Positions 26,965-40,813 of a stretch of 64,000 nt of DNA are shown here, in pieces. The stretch covers positions 59,520,001-59,584,000 of the forward strand of contig NW_027266275.1 in the NCBI RefSeq assembly GCF_022045235.1, written 5' to 3'. The position numbers were made by a program, and so were the translations under genes. Under the pieces are notes generated by a model. That model made no database searches. It was not told where the DNA came from and saw only the letters and a list, made by a program, of their open reading frames with translations. Within the stretch, counting starts at the first letter, position 1. The number at the start of each line of letters is the position of its first letter. This stretch comes from Haliotis cracherodii (Eukaryota).

Positions 26965-27346
26965 CAGATGGAGAAGAGAGCAAAGACATGTACATTGTAA
27001 AAAGGACGGGGGCTGGCTCAGGAGATGTCGGAAATTTAAGATGCAATATGTCTCTTCAAATAAAATACATGGAGAACTTCAACCTCCATTGGACTGTCCT
27101 TACTCCCAACCCAAAAGTTATATATTTTTCTTATAAACTGAGCCACCCATGCCACTGACCTAAGCAAACTCGTTTCTTTGTCATTTACAAAGTACGAAAG
27201 AGAGCAAACAATTGAAGCGACATGTTGACACATGTTGCAATGAGAGATTAACATTATACACGGATAAAATGGAAAAAAAGTGCAATATATATATATATAT
27301 ATATATAGATCTTCACAAGATGAAACACACACAATATATTAACAAT
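26965..27346 (+). pseudogene. Decayed Ig (V-set-like) domain exon
   Basis: Phase-1 acceptor ctttcttacag; GSGDVGNLRCNMSLQIKYMENFNLHWTVLTPNPKVIY..*PKQTRFFV..N*SDMLTHVAMRD*HYT; donor AAT|GTGAGT; three in-frame stops and a (TA)n expansion. Confidence 0.5.
27286..27307. repeat. (TA)n microsatellite
   Basis: Directly visible. Confidence 0.9.
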
Positions 27347-28629
27347 GTGAGTTCAAGTCCAAAGCCTAAGCCGTGACCAAGGCTATCCTTTTCTTTTGGT
27401 CATTGTCATGAAATGCCGAATTACAAAAAGTAGTATCGATTGTCAATCCGTACCTCCGTCTAAACTCGTTTATCAATTTCAGATGCTATATATATTCCTA
27501 ACAACTGATAACAAATATGCAAGATACGGCCATGTGAAACGCGACGTTTTCTTTCACCATTTGCACATCATCTCGAACTTAATCACATCGGTCTTACCCA
27601 CCTTTAAAAATATATTATTCAGCAACATGAATTTAGTGGTAGTAAGTTATCTCGTAGGAAGGTCATAAGATGCAAGCACTGCTACAATGACAGCCACAAA
27701 GGAACATCGACTAATGAACGGAAGAATCTTCAGCTGTTAATTCGATTCCCGCACGGTTTTCCCAAAATAGGACATATCTGAACCAGAGCTTTCAAATTTC
27801 AAAAATAACACACTCGATTCACTAAGGGACATTAACTATCAGATGTTCTGGTAATGGAACAGATTTTTACCCTATTGTATCGGAAATACCACCTTGCTAT
27901 TCGTGGTGAAAACTACAAGAAGTGTTAAGGTCGTAAGTTTGGTTTATCTCTGCCCCATGTGCGTTTCAAATAAAACCTATGTTCTAATGTGTATCACATG
28001 CCTTGCACATTTCCAATTACGATGCTGGTATCTACAATCGCTCTGAATCTGAATCACGTGAAGACGTGTTATTGGCTAAGTCTAGGAATTGGCCAAAATA
28101 GAAAATAATGAAACATCACTATCGTTTTGATCACTACTAAATTTGCTAAAACACTACGTAATGCATGTTCCAGCTTCCTAGTTTACACAAGTTAAAAAAA
28201 TATAATGTTTGTACAAACGGGAAACCTTGTACTTTATCGGTGTGAAGATATAAGATGAACAGCTACTAACATGTAAGATGTTTAAGGAGCTCCAAACCAC
28301 TGTACAGAGTTGTGTCGCTTGATCGTTCCAGGATCCGTTGCTTTTGAGTTTTAAATCCCATTATGATCCTTGGTATGTCAGCACCAAGTCCACAATCATG
28401 GGTTTCACCTGTCTATATTAAACCGACACATCATTATTGATTATTGAAAACGACGTTCAACAAGTACCCCGCACAGAAAAAAATATCCTGTTGTTTGAGT
28501 AAGCACATTAGTTGATTCAATACAATCTACTTCATATATTTCACGATATGTATGATTTTAGGTGTCAACTCAAAAAACGTATAGAAACATATCAGGGCAT
28601 TCCATCTTCCCATAGCCTACAACTAGACA

Positions 28630-28962
28630 ACCGCCTCCGTGGTCTTGTGGTAGAACGTCCGCCCGGAGAGCGGAAGGTCCGGGGTTCGATCCCCGACCGC
28701 GTCATACCGAAAGACGTTAAAACATGGTTACCCCGTCTGGCGCTTAGCATTAAGGGGTTAAAACAAGGACACGTCGGCTCGGAGTCTGTGAACTGTGTCT
28801 GAGTGGGGTATTCGTGTTAAAACTGCGGCATGGTATCTCAGTAAGCTACCACTATAAATCGGTATCAGTCCGGACACAAACACACATCCGTACATGCACG
28901 TCGCTATATAAGTGCAATAATCTTGGACGCGACGTTAAACCCAATTTCACCTCCCCTCATCT
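28630..28962 (+). mobile_element. SINE family D (tRNA head plus a Meta/MESC-like central domain), near full length
   Basis: A/B boxes; gtcataccgaaagacgttaaaa..tggcgcttagcattaaggg; 14-bp TSD tacaac(t/c)agacaac (28618-28631 / 28963-28976). The Meta-domain assignment is from recall. Confidence 0.88.
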
Positions 28963-29271
28963 TACAACCAGACAACTTAAAAAATATCATTTCAAGGACA
29001 CCTCTCACTTGTTAAGCACATCTCTGGAAACAACATATTTCTAAAATAATTACCAACGGGATGATATATGTAAATGGCAGTACTTTTTAAACCTAACTAT
29101 ACTTGATCGCTGTGTTCTAACACTGCCAGTACATGTTCATGTACGTTAAACGTTAACGTCAGAACCACCATAACAATAAACGAGCCTGCGTATCTTGGCT
29201 CCTAATTACCCCGGTTTCTGGTTGTCTTAATCAACACAGTTACAATTGATAATATTATTTACTTTTGACAG

Positions 29272-29486
29272 AACCAGGCGAAGGGTGTACTTGTATAGAA
29301 GAAAAAGCGATTATTTATACTTCCCCTCGTCAATATTTCAATATAACATGTGGCGTTTTATTATTTCCTGGGTGATTCGGAAACAGGTGGAGCTGGTTCT
29401 GTGCAAATACAAGCCGGATGATATCACATTGCCTCATTTATGGATCCATTTCCCAATTTTAAAGCAATTCTCGCATTTGTCAGAAT
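29272..29486 (+). pseudogene. Decayed exon resembling the N-terminal half of a second Ig domain
   Basis: Phase-1 acceptor tttacttttgacag; PGEGCTCIEEKAIIYTSPRQYFNITCGVLLFPG*FGNRWSWF; donor AAT|GTGAGT. Confidence 0.4.
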
Positions 29487-30918
29487 GTGAGTTTTACCTG
29501 TTAATCATTTCACCTTGTACTTCTAGCATATGGCTATTTCTATTTAATTGCTTGATGGTTACATTAGGAGTAGTACAGGGCGTATTACACTTATTAGGCT
29601 CGGATAAATTTGTGCTGGTTGTATAACATCTGCCGTTTGCAAATGTTCGATTCGTCTTCGCACGGCTCATTTCATGATCTCGTCGATAAGGGTTTTGAAT
29701 TATTTATAAAGTTTGATTAGATATCAAAATGCAATCCATCCTTGAATATCTAAACAAATTTTCAAAAATAGAAGACCTCATTTCACCCAAATTTTCCTTG
29801 AAATCATAGCACATGTATGATGGAATTTTAAAGTGGTTACTCCGAAACGCCATGTCCGGTCGTATTTGTATACAGTGTATGGTGTGAACATTAAACTTGA
29901 TGGTGAAATATGTTAGAAATTCGAAATGAAGTACACGGTCGAAATTTTATGAAAGACCACTGGGCATTACCATTGAACATTTCAGTCAATCATCAGCTCG
30001 TCCACGATGTGGACGCAGATGTACACATCCCCTGCGCATGCGTCATCCCTTTGCCCAATCCTCGAATGTAACGTCTTCAAAATAGAATGCATAGTCAATA
30101 ACTGATCTTCATTTTAAACTGCAAGTTTATTGAGATCACTTCCTTGTAATATCATTTCCACTGCACTCATTCTTTGTGAATTTAGTCAAATCATTTTAAA
30201 TATATATATGTTGATAATGTAATAACGTAATTTCAAAATGTATCTATCGAGGCTGCTCTGCGTTAACTATGTATATGTAACTATTTCGATAGTAATAATA
30301 ATCTTTAAGTTTCAACATTCGAATTAAATGGTTACACTCAGTCTTGTAAACTCCGAAACTGCATCTCTCGTGACATCTCCTTCAGACATTCGAGCCTACA
30401 TTTACATAAAACATTTTACAACATATAACCCTGCTTCGGTGCCATGGCTATTGCCACTGACGCTGAAATAAGCAATCTTTCATGCAATTCAAGACTGTTT
30501 TAAAAGTTGAAATTGCTTTATTTCAAATTATGTATTCGACAGGCCCAAAAAGGATGAAACGTCGACCAACATCAGCGTCATACCACCACGCTTTAGTACA
30601 ATAAGTGACGGTTCATGGTTGTCTTTACATAAATGGAGAGACACATAAATCACATTTCACACTTACATGTCGGCTTCAGAACGTCTATAAAACCATTAAA
30701 CGGGATGGTGTGCTTTTTGTCTCAAATTTGCAAGCACAACGTTGATCCCACATGTAAATTTAAAGCGATTAACGTCACTACTGAAAAGGTCGCACAGGGA
30801 GCTGTGAAATGCGCTGTAAATAAAAGTGTTCCATAAAAGCTCAAGCATGGTCACATGTCTTTGTACCTTTTTCACGCTTAGGATCATTCATTCCGTGGGG
30901 TATCCTTTTCCTTGTCAG

Positions 30919-31510
30919 AGTCTTTGTAAGTCTGGAGATTTGAAACGTCACGGTCCTGCTTGTTATTTATTCTCTCGTTACATCTGGCGGTGGAGTGACT
31001 GTTCTCAAGTCACTTAACAGACAGGTGTTTCATATCTTACTTGATAATACTTGTGATCATATGGAAATTGATTCGTTGCTTGTACCTTGTGAAAATGACT
31101 TGCATATAACAGAGGAATCAGGATCAATTGCCTCAATAACCATCATCCTATTATATTTGATAAAAAGCTTTGGTGTCACCTGGTCATGTATAACATTCAT
31201 AATATAGTGGAACCAGGTTATTGCCTAACCACATTGGAATCACGTAGAAGTTTCAAATAATTTACCCTGTGCATCACTGAATGCGAGAAAGGTCGTATCC
31301 GCGGAAACCAATGACACTTACCATCGGATTTTGACATTTTGACACTGAGTTTGAGCTCGCCCGAGAACAACCGGTCTCTATTATCCACCGAAACAGATTC
31401 CAGTGGGCGTAAAAGGCAAAACAGCGATGACAGTATTATATATGGGTCGCTGGAATTCAGTGATGACACCATGTGTTCACAAAGTGATTAGCTTTATTTT
31501 CAATCCTCAT
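30919..31510 (+). pseudogene. Decayed C-type lectin domain
   Basis: Acceptor ccttttccttgtcag, then LCKSGDLKRHGPACYLFSRYIWRWSDCSQ (like C..GW...G..CYLFS....W..A). Downstream GRWNSVMTPCVHKVISFIF resembles WND..C.....FIC. Confidence 0.5.
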
Positions 31511-32389
31511 ATTCAGATGCTCCGAGAAAGAAACGTAAATCGTGCTCATTACGTAGAGCACATAGTTTAGTACATATGGGTTTGTTATTATGACATTGAC
31601 CTCACACATTAAATAATATCAGAAGAGCTCGCATTAGAAAAGAAAACATTCCCAATGCATGTACTAAACTGTTTCAAATCTGCTGACACAAATCAAGTGT
31701 CCCTTTCCCTTGACAACCACTATTTTCACTTAAATAAATCGAATAAATAAATAAAAAAGATACATTAATCATAAATGCGACCATAACAGGTAAAGATACT
31801 GCATTAATTTATATTTTAAAATTTATTTCAATCGATCAACAATTGCAATTCCATTTGTGATCCATGGTCGATCACGAGGGCGTTATACCGGTGCGAAAAA
31901 AAACACTGCAGGAAACATACTGAAAAAGATGAACAACATATCAAAGTATTTAAACAGACACAGCTGCTTTACTAATGACCACTCCAGGCAATGTCACTCT
32001 CAACCTCATCAGTTCAAGGCCGTGTACCTTTCATCCGCCTACAGCAGCGAGTTCTTGTGTTGTGTTACAAATGTGTTTTGGGTATGAGCTAGATTTGACC
32101 TTTGGTGTAAATAACATGAAAGCCACTAATATTTTATTTAAGGTCACGGAAATACCAATGACGAATAAAACGGTTTTCTCACTAAACAAGTTCATGCTTG
32201 TGTTTAAGACAAAGGAGATGAACTTAATGTGATAAACATACGGGGAAAAAACAGAGTAACTGTCCTTAATGTATTCATGGCTGCTAATTGATAACGAAAA
32301 TAAAAGCGGTAAAACTACTTTTATAATCATAACAAATCCTGCTAAAATCCGCTTACATCATAAGCATGAGAATTGTTGGATCAGTGTTA

Positions 32390-32645
32390 CAACATGCAAG
32401 GCCTTAGTAAGACTTCTTAAAGGATTTTATGGCAGTAATGCGGAGGCCATTTCCAAAATTAACGCATTGGTGACCAAAAGGGTGTCAGATGCAATTCCCT
32501 ATTTAGACTTGAACCACATGTCCACTTGACTTGCGATTGCATGTGCATATGATGTATTCCACCGGCTGGGCAGGCTACAGTATATACTCACCCTTTCGCG
32601 AACACCTGGTATCACTACTAATTGATAATGATTCGTGCTTGTCAT
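32390..32645 (+). mobile_element. Retroelement 3' end (family F): RT C-terminus plus conserved 3' UTR
   Basis: LVRLLKGFYGSNAEAISKINALVTKRVSDAIP resembles the LKKFYGRH..L..KY...V..MI.D C-terminus of molluscan Penelope-like RTs (from recall), followed by ctcaccctttcgcgaacacctgg. Confidence 0.6.
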
Positions 32646-32849
32646 ACAGGCGAAATTTTACAGCGGACTCTGCAATTATTAGATTTTTGTTATGATTATG
32701 GAAATGATTTTACCGCAAAATCTTACATCAATTTCGATTATTAAAGCTTTGGTATGTAACTTCCCGCCTACGAAACTGAGAAAACCTTCAAATGCGTGTT
32801 GAGTTAAGTAGAGTTCATTCACGTGTCGCTGCTTATACTCGTCCTCCCT

Positions 32850-33102
32850 ATTGTCGGTTTTATAGTGCTAGCCCACTGACATATCATGCAGAAGTTTAAC
32901 GTGGATTCCACACTCAGACACGGTGTACTGTCTCCGAACCGATCAGGCCTTGCTTTGTCATCTTAATGCCGAGCGCCAGGAAGGGTAACAACAAAAACAA
33001 CCATTTAACGTCTAATATGACGCGGTATGACGCCACATGGGATCGAACCACCGATGTCCACTCTCCGGGCAGACGCTCTATTCAGTAGTGCATGGAGACG
33101 GT
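32850..33102 (-). mobile_element. SINE family D
   Basis: ggtatgacg..gggatcgaacc..ctctccgggcagacgctcta..ggagacggt. Confidence 0.82.
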
Positions 33103-33174
33103 CTTCTTGAAAGACTGACATCCAGATGGAGAGGTGGAACCATGTCTTTGAGAAACAACTTATCTATAACATAG

Positions 33175-33237
33175 AATTCGACCATGGTCTTCGGCGTGAC
33201 GATCGAACGCTTTTACCACTAGGCTTCCCAACCACCC
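33175..33237 (-). mobile_element. SINE family A, head fragment
   Basis: tcttcggcgtgacgatcgaacgcttttaccactaggct matches the family A head. Confidence 0.75.
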
Positions 33238-34379
33238 TCTGAGATGTAGTGCCATTCCATACATATATGATAATGAAAACAGAGATGTTAGAAAAGGCGG
33301 TAACGAATGAACACAGGCCTGAATATTTCCAAACATGAGGTATTTGTAGGCACCTCTTGTATTATTATAAGAGGCTTTCGCGTCCGTGGTATTATACGAA
33401 CTTGCCGTTGAGTGATCCATGAGGACTGCCTTTATGAAGAAAAGCAAAGTATCTCACGTAAAAGTAAATATTTCTTGTATGCAATCACAATTTATCAGAT
33501 AAAGGATGACATTTGTTAAGATGGAACAAATGTGTAGTGTTAACGGTGAATAAATCTTATCAGGGTATTCATATTTACAAAAGACGACCCACTGGATCAT
33601 ACACACGTGGTATCGCTCGTGTCAAGAATGTCAAAGTAAAGTATTGATGGTTCCTGCAGTGTTTTGAGAAAAAATGTATTTCTCCGTGGCTTCATAAGAG
33701 ATGAGTTTTTTTACAGAATACATTATAGAACAGCCTTGTTCAGTGGCATGGGGTGGCTATTTTGGTGCAACGTATTACGGGATTAATAGATATTGCCTTC
33801 CAAGACGCACGTAAGTCAAGAATGTAATCATCTGTAGATGCAATGTATTTGAAACGTATGCAGGGCATTAGAGCAATGTGTTACTCAGGATAATCAATGC
33901 AATGATAGACAGGTATACGGCTTCATGAAGAGCTATGGGCATACACGTGTATATTATAGCATTTCATAAACACAAGAACGCGTGATAAAACCCTCCAAAC
34001 AAATAAGCTTTGTTAAATATGAGAATGAATCATCATTTATCTGAAGATATATCACAAAGTATATCAGATGACTTTAACATCATAAAAAGATCCTTTCTAG
34101 TGTCAGTTTAAGTTCAAATTATGACTGCATAATAACTCTAACGTTAAAACGAGCTTCTGGCATATGTCATGTACCGCATCTTGCTTGCAATTATAGTTTG
34201 GAGCTATATGCATTACTAAGTGCACAAATGGCAAGATTAATTGACAGATATACGACATAACATCTCCATACAACACAGAAGACATCTGATATAAAAGAAG
34301 GAAGACTGTTTGGACTCTCGCGTTATGGTTTTAAGACGAGAAGGCGTGATAAGTTGTATAACACATGTATACAAAGGAA

Positions 34380-34508
34380 CACTGCACACAGAAAATAAGG
34401 GATCATGAATATTTTTTGGGTTTGTTTTTATGAATTTGTGTTCTCAGTCTTGACTATAAACATATATTCCGAAAATATTCACGATCCCTTACTCTTAAGG
34501 TCAGTATA
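34380..34508. mobile_element. MITE (Tc1/mariner-like)
   Basis: Inverted repeats taagggatcatgaatatttt / aaaatattcacgatccctta; right end cagtata. Confidence 0.6.
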
Positions 34509-34839
34509 TACCCATGTAATATTTTGAAAAAATGTTTGACTGGTGAGTAGCTCTGACTAGTATGGTGACAACGTAGAGATAATGTACGAATAACAACTTC
34601 TATAGATCCTTATACCGTTGTCATGCAGGGCTGAAGTAATGCCTATCAAACAATTCCTAAGTATAGTGACACTAATACTGGGCGTTTGTGGTAGATGGAT
34701 TGGTGGAGGGTGGTTGGGGATGGTGACGGTTGCGTTTGGTTTGTATGGAGGATTTGGGAGATGTCATGGGTAGACCACTTCTCATTAGGCATCGGAAATG
34801 TCTGTGTTGTGACAGCTGCAGGATCCGTTAGTTGCAGGT

Positions 34840-34914
34840 TCGAAGCCCGTTTCTGGTGTATTGCTAAAATATTGATGAAAGCGGAGTCAAACCATATTCA
34901 ATTACTCACTCACT
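34840..34914 (+). mobile_element. SINE family A, 3' fragment
   Basis: gaagcccgtttctggtg..aatattg..aaagcgg..aaaccata..actcactcac. Confidence 0.6.
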
Positions 34915-35675
34915 GTAACGTCACTTATATTATACAAACAATCTATAGGTACAGCATCGCTTGGATGTATTTTAAATAAGACATTTTGAAGATTCATAAC
35001 CCCTCAAGGTTTTCTGCAAATGTTGGATTGTTACCCCATGATGGTAATAGTACTATCGGCATTTCATTAAGACTAAGAAAATGATGGCATTATTGGGTTC
35101 CTTGATCATTCATGCGCAATGAGATATTAAGCAGAGGCAATCGGTACTATTAGTGCAATATTGATGCACGTCATAACTACGACAACCGTATTATTAGATT
35201 ATCAAATATCTTATCTATTTTTGAATGGCATTAACCTTAAATCTTCCCATCAATGATATGCAGCTCTTACAAGGCCTGTCCCATTCAATGTTCATTACCA
35301 ATCCCTTTAATGTGATATTACTGGCTCATAAATCCAAATAAATTCAGATAGCGGTATTTTTTCTTCGATTATCAATCAATCAAACATTACCGATGATTTT
35401 GTAAAAAAAATGCACATGACAACCAAATATTTGATTTGCATCAAACCATAATTGGCAATGAACTTTTTGTTAAAAAACTACGTGAAATATGAAAACATTT
35501 CGTCGAAGATCTCATTTCAAAAGCTTCAAACACAAACAGTGATCATCAACACGTCAATATTCCCATTGATACCACAAAACAGTTGTGACCCCTGAGACGT
35601 TATCCAAGGGATCTGAAATGACATGCATGCACCTCATGACATGCTGTGTTTACGACTTTGAATGCATCTTGCAAG

Positions 35676-36295
35676 GTGCTACAGTGTAAATATAAACGTC
35701 AACACCAGAGAATAATCTGTTTCGATTTTCTGCCGAAACAGATTCCACTCACTCTGGAAGTGAAAGGCAAAATAGTGATATGAAAATGTTCAGATACAAA
35801 AACCCAAAGCTAAACACGTTTCTTGTCCCATAATTGGAACGCGATTAGAGGCCTTATATAATCAACGTGGATAGAATAGTGTTTGGAATCTAAACATGTT
35901 AAAGGATCCAAACACGAGCATAATTATATATTGTCTAAATATGTTTAGAACAAAATCATGTTCAGAATAGTAACACAAATGTAAATGTTTGGCAGTTTTG
36001 CCACTCATATTTACCTTGTCCATCGATAGTGTAGAATGCTTGCCACCAGCCTATAGAAGTATGGCAAGAGGACAGAATCAACATCAAGGGCCTTCCAGTT
36101 AACACTTTCATGCTGCCGTCATTATCAAGCAAATGAAAACCAACAATATTCAGAGATTCTGGCATTTATTCTGCAAATATATTTGGACTGAAAGACATCA
36201 AAATGATAATTATGCTGATTTATCCTGACAAACAACATTGGCTTCAAACTTGAAACTTTTGTTATACAATTATCACCATGTCTTGCCTGGTCTAG
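35676..36295 (+). pseudogene. Possible further decayed Ig V-domain
   Basis: VNINVNTRE*SVSIFCRNRFHSLWK* followed by WQEDRINIKGLPVNTFML..RDSGIYSA; donor-like TAG|GTATG at 36295. Confidence 0.28.
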
Positions 36296-36571
36296 GTATG
36301 CTTTTTTTTTCGGGGAGCAAATGTCCAGATTGCTCTTCTTAATGGAGTTCAAAGCGAGGTTTACCAAACTCACTCACTCACCAAAGGTTCCTAATAAATG
36401 TAATATATCGATTCATACAACATATGTTGTAAACTATTGGCTCAAGAGAGGGAGGAACTGTTGTGTAAATATATAATGCCACTATCAAGTTTACGGGCTC
36501 AAAGAGGCCTTCTTGCTCGCTCTAAATCTGCTAACTACTAAGTATATTGCTCATGATTAAGTTATGATTGC

Positions 36572-36790
36572 TTGGTTGGTTTGTTGTTTAAAGCTGCACC
36601 AAGCAGTTTTCCAGCTATATGACTGCGGTCTGTAAATAATCGAGTCTGGACCAGACAATCCAGCGATTAATATCATGAGCATCGATCCACACAATTGGGA
36701 TCGACCATCAACCAAGCCAGCGAGCCTTACCACCAGATCCCTCTTACGACAAGCACAGTCGCCTTTTACGGTAAGTATTCTACCCCAGGT
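36572..36790 (-). mobile_element. SINE-like family B
   Basis: Reverse complement of family B head, body and tail. Confidence 0.85.
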
Positions 36791-37593
36791 CTCAAGTTAT
36801 GAACACGTTTAGATTGTAGATATATTGTACAACATGTTCAGGTCATTAAACGCGTAGATTTGATAGATTTTGTGGGTGTGAAGTGTGATCAAAGCTCCTC
36901 GTCCTGTGTTTAGATACTAAACGTGCAGATAAAGAAAAGAGACCAACCTATTTCCTTGATAATGGGAATTATCTGCTAAAACAGAGGTCATTGCACGATG
37001 TGTTTATTAATCACTATCGATTAGTGATGCTACCATGAAAACGTGAGCGTATCCTAACCCACCGGTGGCGCTCGTCCCAAACACACGCAAGGGCAAGTTA
37101 GCTGTTCACCTGAAAAATGTGGTACATGTGGTACAAGACTAAATAGAGAATTGCAGCCGACACCGTTTTGGTAAATGATGCATTAAATGTTAAACATTAA
37201 AGCTTTTGAAAACCTTACTTACACATTGAATGTTGTAACCCTGATCAAACATTCTTTGATCAAGATTCGTTGATGACGATAAAACACACAAAACCTTAAG
37301 GATTTAAACTCAGTTCAAAAGTTTACAGTGTACGTTTATCCAAACGCATCACATATCATTGCTGAGGTACCATATGCATGTGTATGCCAACAGAGTTCTT
37401 CACGTCTATGCAATGGATCACCTGTTCACTTATGTAATACAATGCTACACTTGCATACATTAGCAGACTATTTTCTATAAAAAAACAGAAGACGATTTCA
37501 GACCCTATTAATGGTGTGATTATATTCACATGTGAACAAGCATCTAAATATGATGCTCATGTAATCACATATGCTTATGCCATTACGTGGAAT

Positions 37594-37800
37594 AAGTGAG
37601 GGAGTGAGTGAGATGGGTTTAACGCTACATTATTCCAGTTGCTATTACGGCGTGTTAGCTCGAAGTGGCCGAGGTCTCAGACGTTTGCCACTTTGGTGAA
37701 ACCCACGAGCACGGGTATGGTATGGTGCTGACAAACCTAGAAATATACCGAACCGGAATACGAACCCACAATCATAGGTACTGACGTGCCCAAGGCACGC
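37594..37800 (-). mobile_element. SINE family C, 5'-truncated
   Basis: Colinear with the 21266 copy. Confidence 0.85.
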
Positions 37801-40639
37801 GACACCTCGATTTTATGGAGGACATAGTGTTTTATATCTACTTTCCGGCTGTATGTGCTTCGCATAAACTTGTATTATGACCTGAGCTGATGTAAAGGTA
37901 AACACTCCAGCATTTCCGTTAAACAAACTCGTGATAAGCAGAAAAGATTCTGAATATGTCTTCTTACACACCCGTTAAACATTGAGTATACAACGATGTC
38001 TAACATGCCAAGTTTGCTACTAACGGGTTTAAATACCGTAGATAATGTAGTTGCAGAATGGATTTCCTAATGCAAGATGGAGAACCATCCTGACTTATTG
38101 CTTTCTATTGCCTTGTGTCAACAAAGTCTGGTCCGAGGTCGTTCCGCGAGTGCGAAGACACCATTTAAGTAAACACATGTTCGCGCCCCCCTATAGTAGT
38201 TTGGACGGACATAAGTAATTATTCATCTCAACTTGCTCCCCTACCACAACAGATAGGCACGAACTCATCCTGGGCCTATAATTACGTTCATGTAGCGGGT
38301 GTATATCAATAGTTATCATCCTAATTGCTCAGCGCACATGCAACCTACAAATCGATATTCTTGTTATGAGACAAGTCGATGTTAGTACAATGTCCTTGGT
38401 GGCGAAATATTTATGCTCAGCTGTTGCTAAGTTTCTTTTGTCTCGATACAAACTTGTACATTAATATTTGACGTGAAAGTGAATTGCCAAAGTCTTTGTT
38501 TGATAATCTGGGACTTCTCTTTTGATATTTTAATGTTGTGAGGTCTAAGGCGGTGTGGAAACTGTTGAAGTCTTGATAGTTGTGAATCTCATTACTGACC
38601 CAAACCCGAAAAGATCAGGTCAACCCGTATACTATCATTGCGATAACGATCAGAAAGGACCATGCGAAGGCTCAAGTTCAAAGTTAATAATAGTGCAGAT
38701 TGGACTAAAGTCAACTAATACAATACCATAATGAACTCTAGTTATTGACTTTTCCTATACAGTAATACATTAATGCAGTATTGCTCAGCAACTTGATAAT
38801 CGTAATGATACCATGTTGCCGTTACTGATTGTGTTGGTCAGTTACTCTGTAGACAAACGGTTTTGTAAACTATACATGTATTGAACATAACATCTGTATT
38901 CTAATTCAATTTGCAGCTAGTTACCAATATGCCTCGTTGTTGTGGCACTCCAAATTTATGATTGTTTTACACAAATATAAACAAAGAAAACAGTAAGTAC
39001 ATTGTAATTTCTATAAGTTGACGTAGCCGAGCGCCCGCCGTGTGTTTCTGTCAGTGCAAAATGGTTCCTGTAAGTGGTAATGATTTCATGTCAAAAGAGA
39101 GAAATGCATTATGTCACTGGTGAATTAGACGGGCAGTTGTCCAATTCAGAAATAACCCGGCAGAAATAAGGTATTTAAACTCCTTGAAAGAGATGGCTTC
39201 TTTCTCTTGCTTCTAGATTTTTCTTTAACTAGGAATAGTTCAAGCCAGGAAAACTGTAATTATCCTTTATTAGGAGCAATTATTGGTTGTTGTGAGACAA
39301 CATAGTCTTTGGTTAATAATTCATAATAAATGAGATCATATCAATGTTAACTAGAATGATAATTATACTTTACCACACACAAACACGACCAACTATCCTC
39401 TTTGAATTTCTGCGTTAAAGTTACCCATACATTAATGACTTTGACGTCATTTTATAACTTTTATATTTGATGATGAGCTAATAAATACACCAAGCCTAAG
39501 TAAATGTACAGTATACAAGCTCCTTTAAATTTCCTTCATACAAAGGATACGATCATCTGTGAAGTCGATGAGCAGGAAACTCAATCAATCAACAACACAT
39601 ACGATAGCCATTTTAAATAGCACAAACCCTTCACTAATACTGTATGGTAGCTCGAACCGTAACAATTGCCAGATATCTGCGCATTTCAAATTACCGCAGC
39701 TTCTAAGTATATCCCGTTTAATCATCCGACATTATGTTGCAGAGTCTACCGACGGGTAATTCTTTTGTGTTTTGACGTACGAGAAGGAAATGATTGCGAG
39801 ACGTTTCCCTAACCTAAAGGCAATTTGAGTTTTCCAAGGATGTCGGATGGTTTTGTAGTTTGTCAGTGTTATTTCAAAGAATATGACAGTCCTAAGATCC
39901 ATAGTTTAAGATCAGAGAAAGGATGTGATTTAAACGTCGCCCATTTGACTGCAAGATGGGCGTATTACCACTAAAATCGACCATGGTAATAAACTGTCTC
40001 TAATCCGCTCACAGGAGTCGATCTAGAGCGTTTGCTTTGATCACAATGCATGACTAATTGGTTACAATTAACTCAGCGGAATAAATCGTGTTAACTAGTA
40101 CAGGAAGTTTGGTGATGGTACAAGCAGAATCTGTAAGGGTGTTAAGAGGAATTAAAGAGGAAGTAAAGAGTCTCGTGATCAAGGCTTGCTCCATAGAATA
40201 TGATGCTGCAGATAATAGTCGTACGCACATGAAGCACACATGGCAAAAGCAATGGAGGCTTTTCTTCACGAAAGTTTCGTAATGATTTGGATGATTTTAG
40301 AGAATTTCGATACCAAAAATAACATCTATCAATAGGACAAACACTTTCAGTTAAGGAATCTCAAGGTCAACTATCAATTTACAATTGATGCTATTTAATG
40401 ATTATCCAAAACTGGCTTCCACTGGAGATATGGTATCCATGACGTAACAAATTGCATCTGCAATTGTCGCTTTTCTCGAAATCTGAAGCCATTTAGCAAA
40501 AAGGTATATACTCTAAACTCAAGAAATTGTTTATTACTGTTTACAAAATGAAAATTTTGGAAGAAGGATTTCAGATGATAAATATTATCTCACTTTGTGT
40601 ATTTTGAGATCAAATATATCTTAATACATGTGTGTGGGG

Positions 40640-40813
40640 TAGTCTTTGTTTCTATACGCAGCAGGCAGCAATATACTAGCCACATCACATCAGCCTGTAA
40701 ATAATCGAATTTATGCCAGACAAACCAGTGGTTGATATCATCAGCATCGTCCTATGCCGTCGAGGTACGATGTAACGTTATTAATCAAATCACCTAGCCT
40801 CTACACCCGATCC
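40640..40813 (-). mobile_element. SINE-like family B, diverged
   Basis: gcaatat..ctgtaaataatcgaat..ccagacaaaccagtg..cacccgatcc. Confidence 0.65.

Noticed and set aside
31322-31472. Minus-strand ATG exon with a hydrophobic stretch and a GTAAGT donor
   Set aside because: No downstream minus-strand exon found, and it overlaps the better-supported + strand lectin relic; not fully excluded
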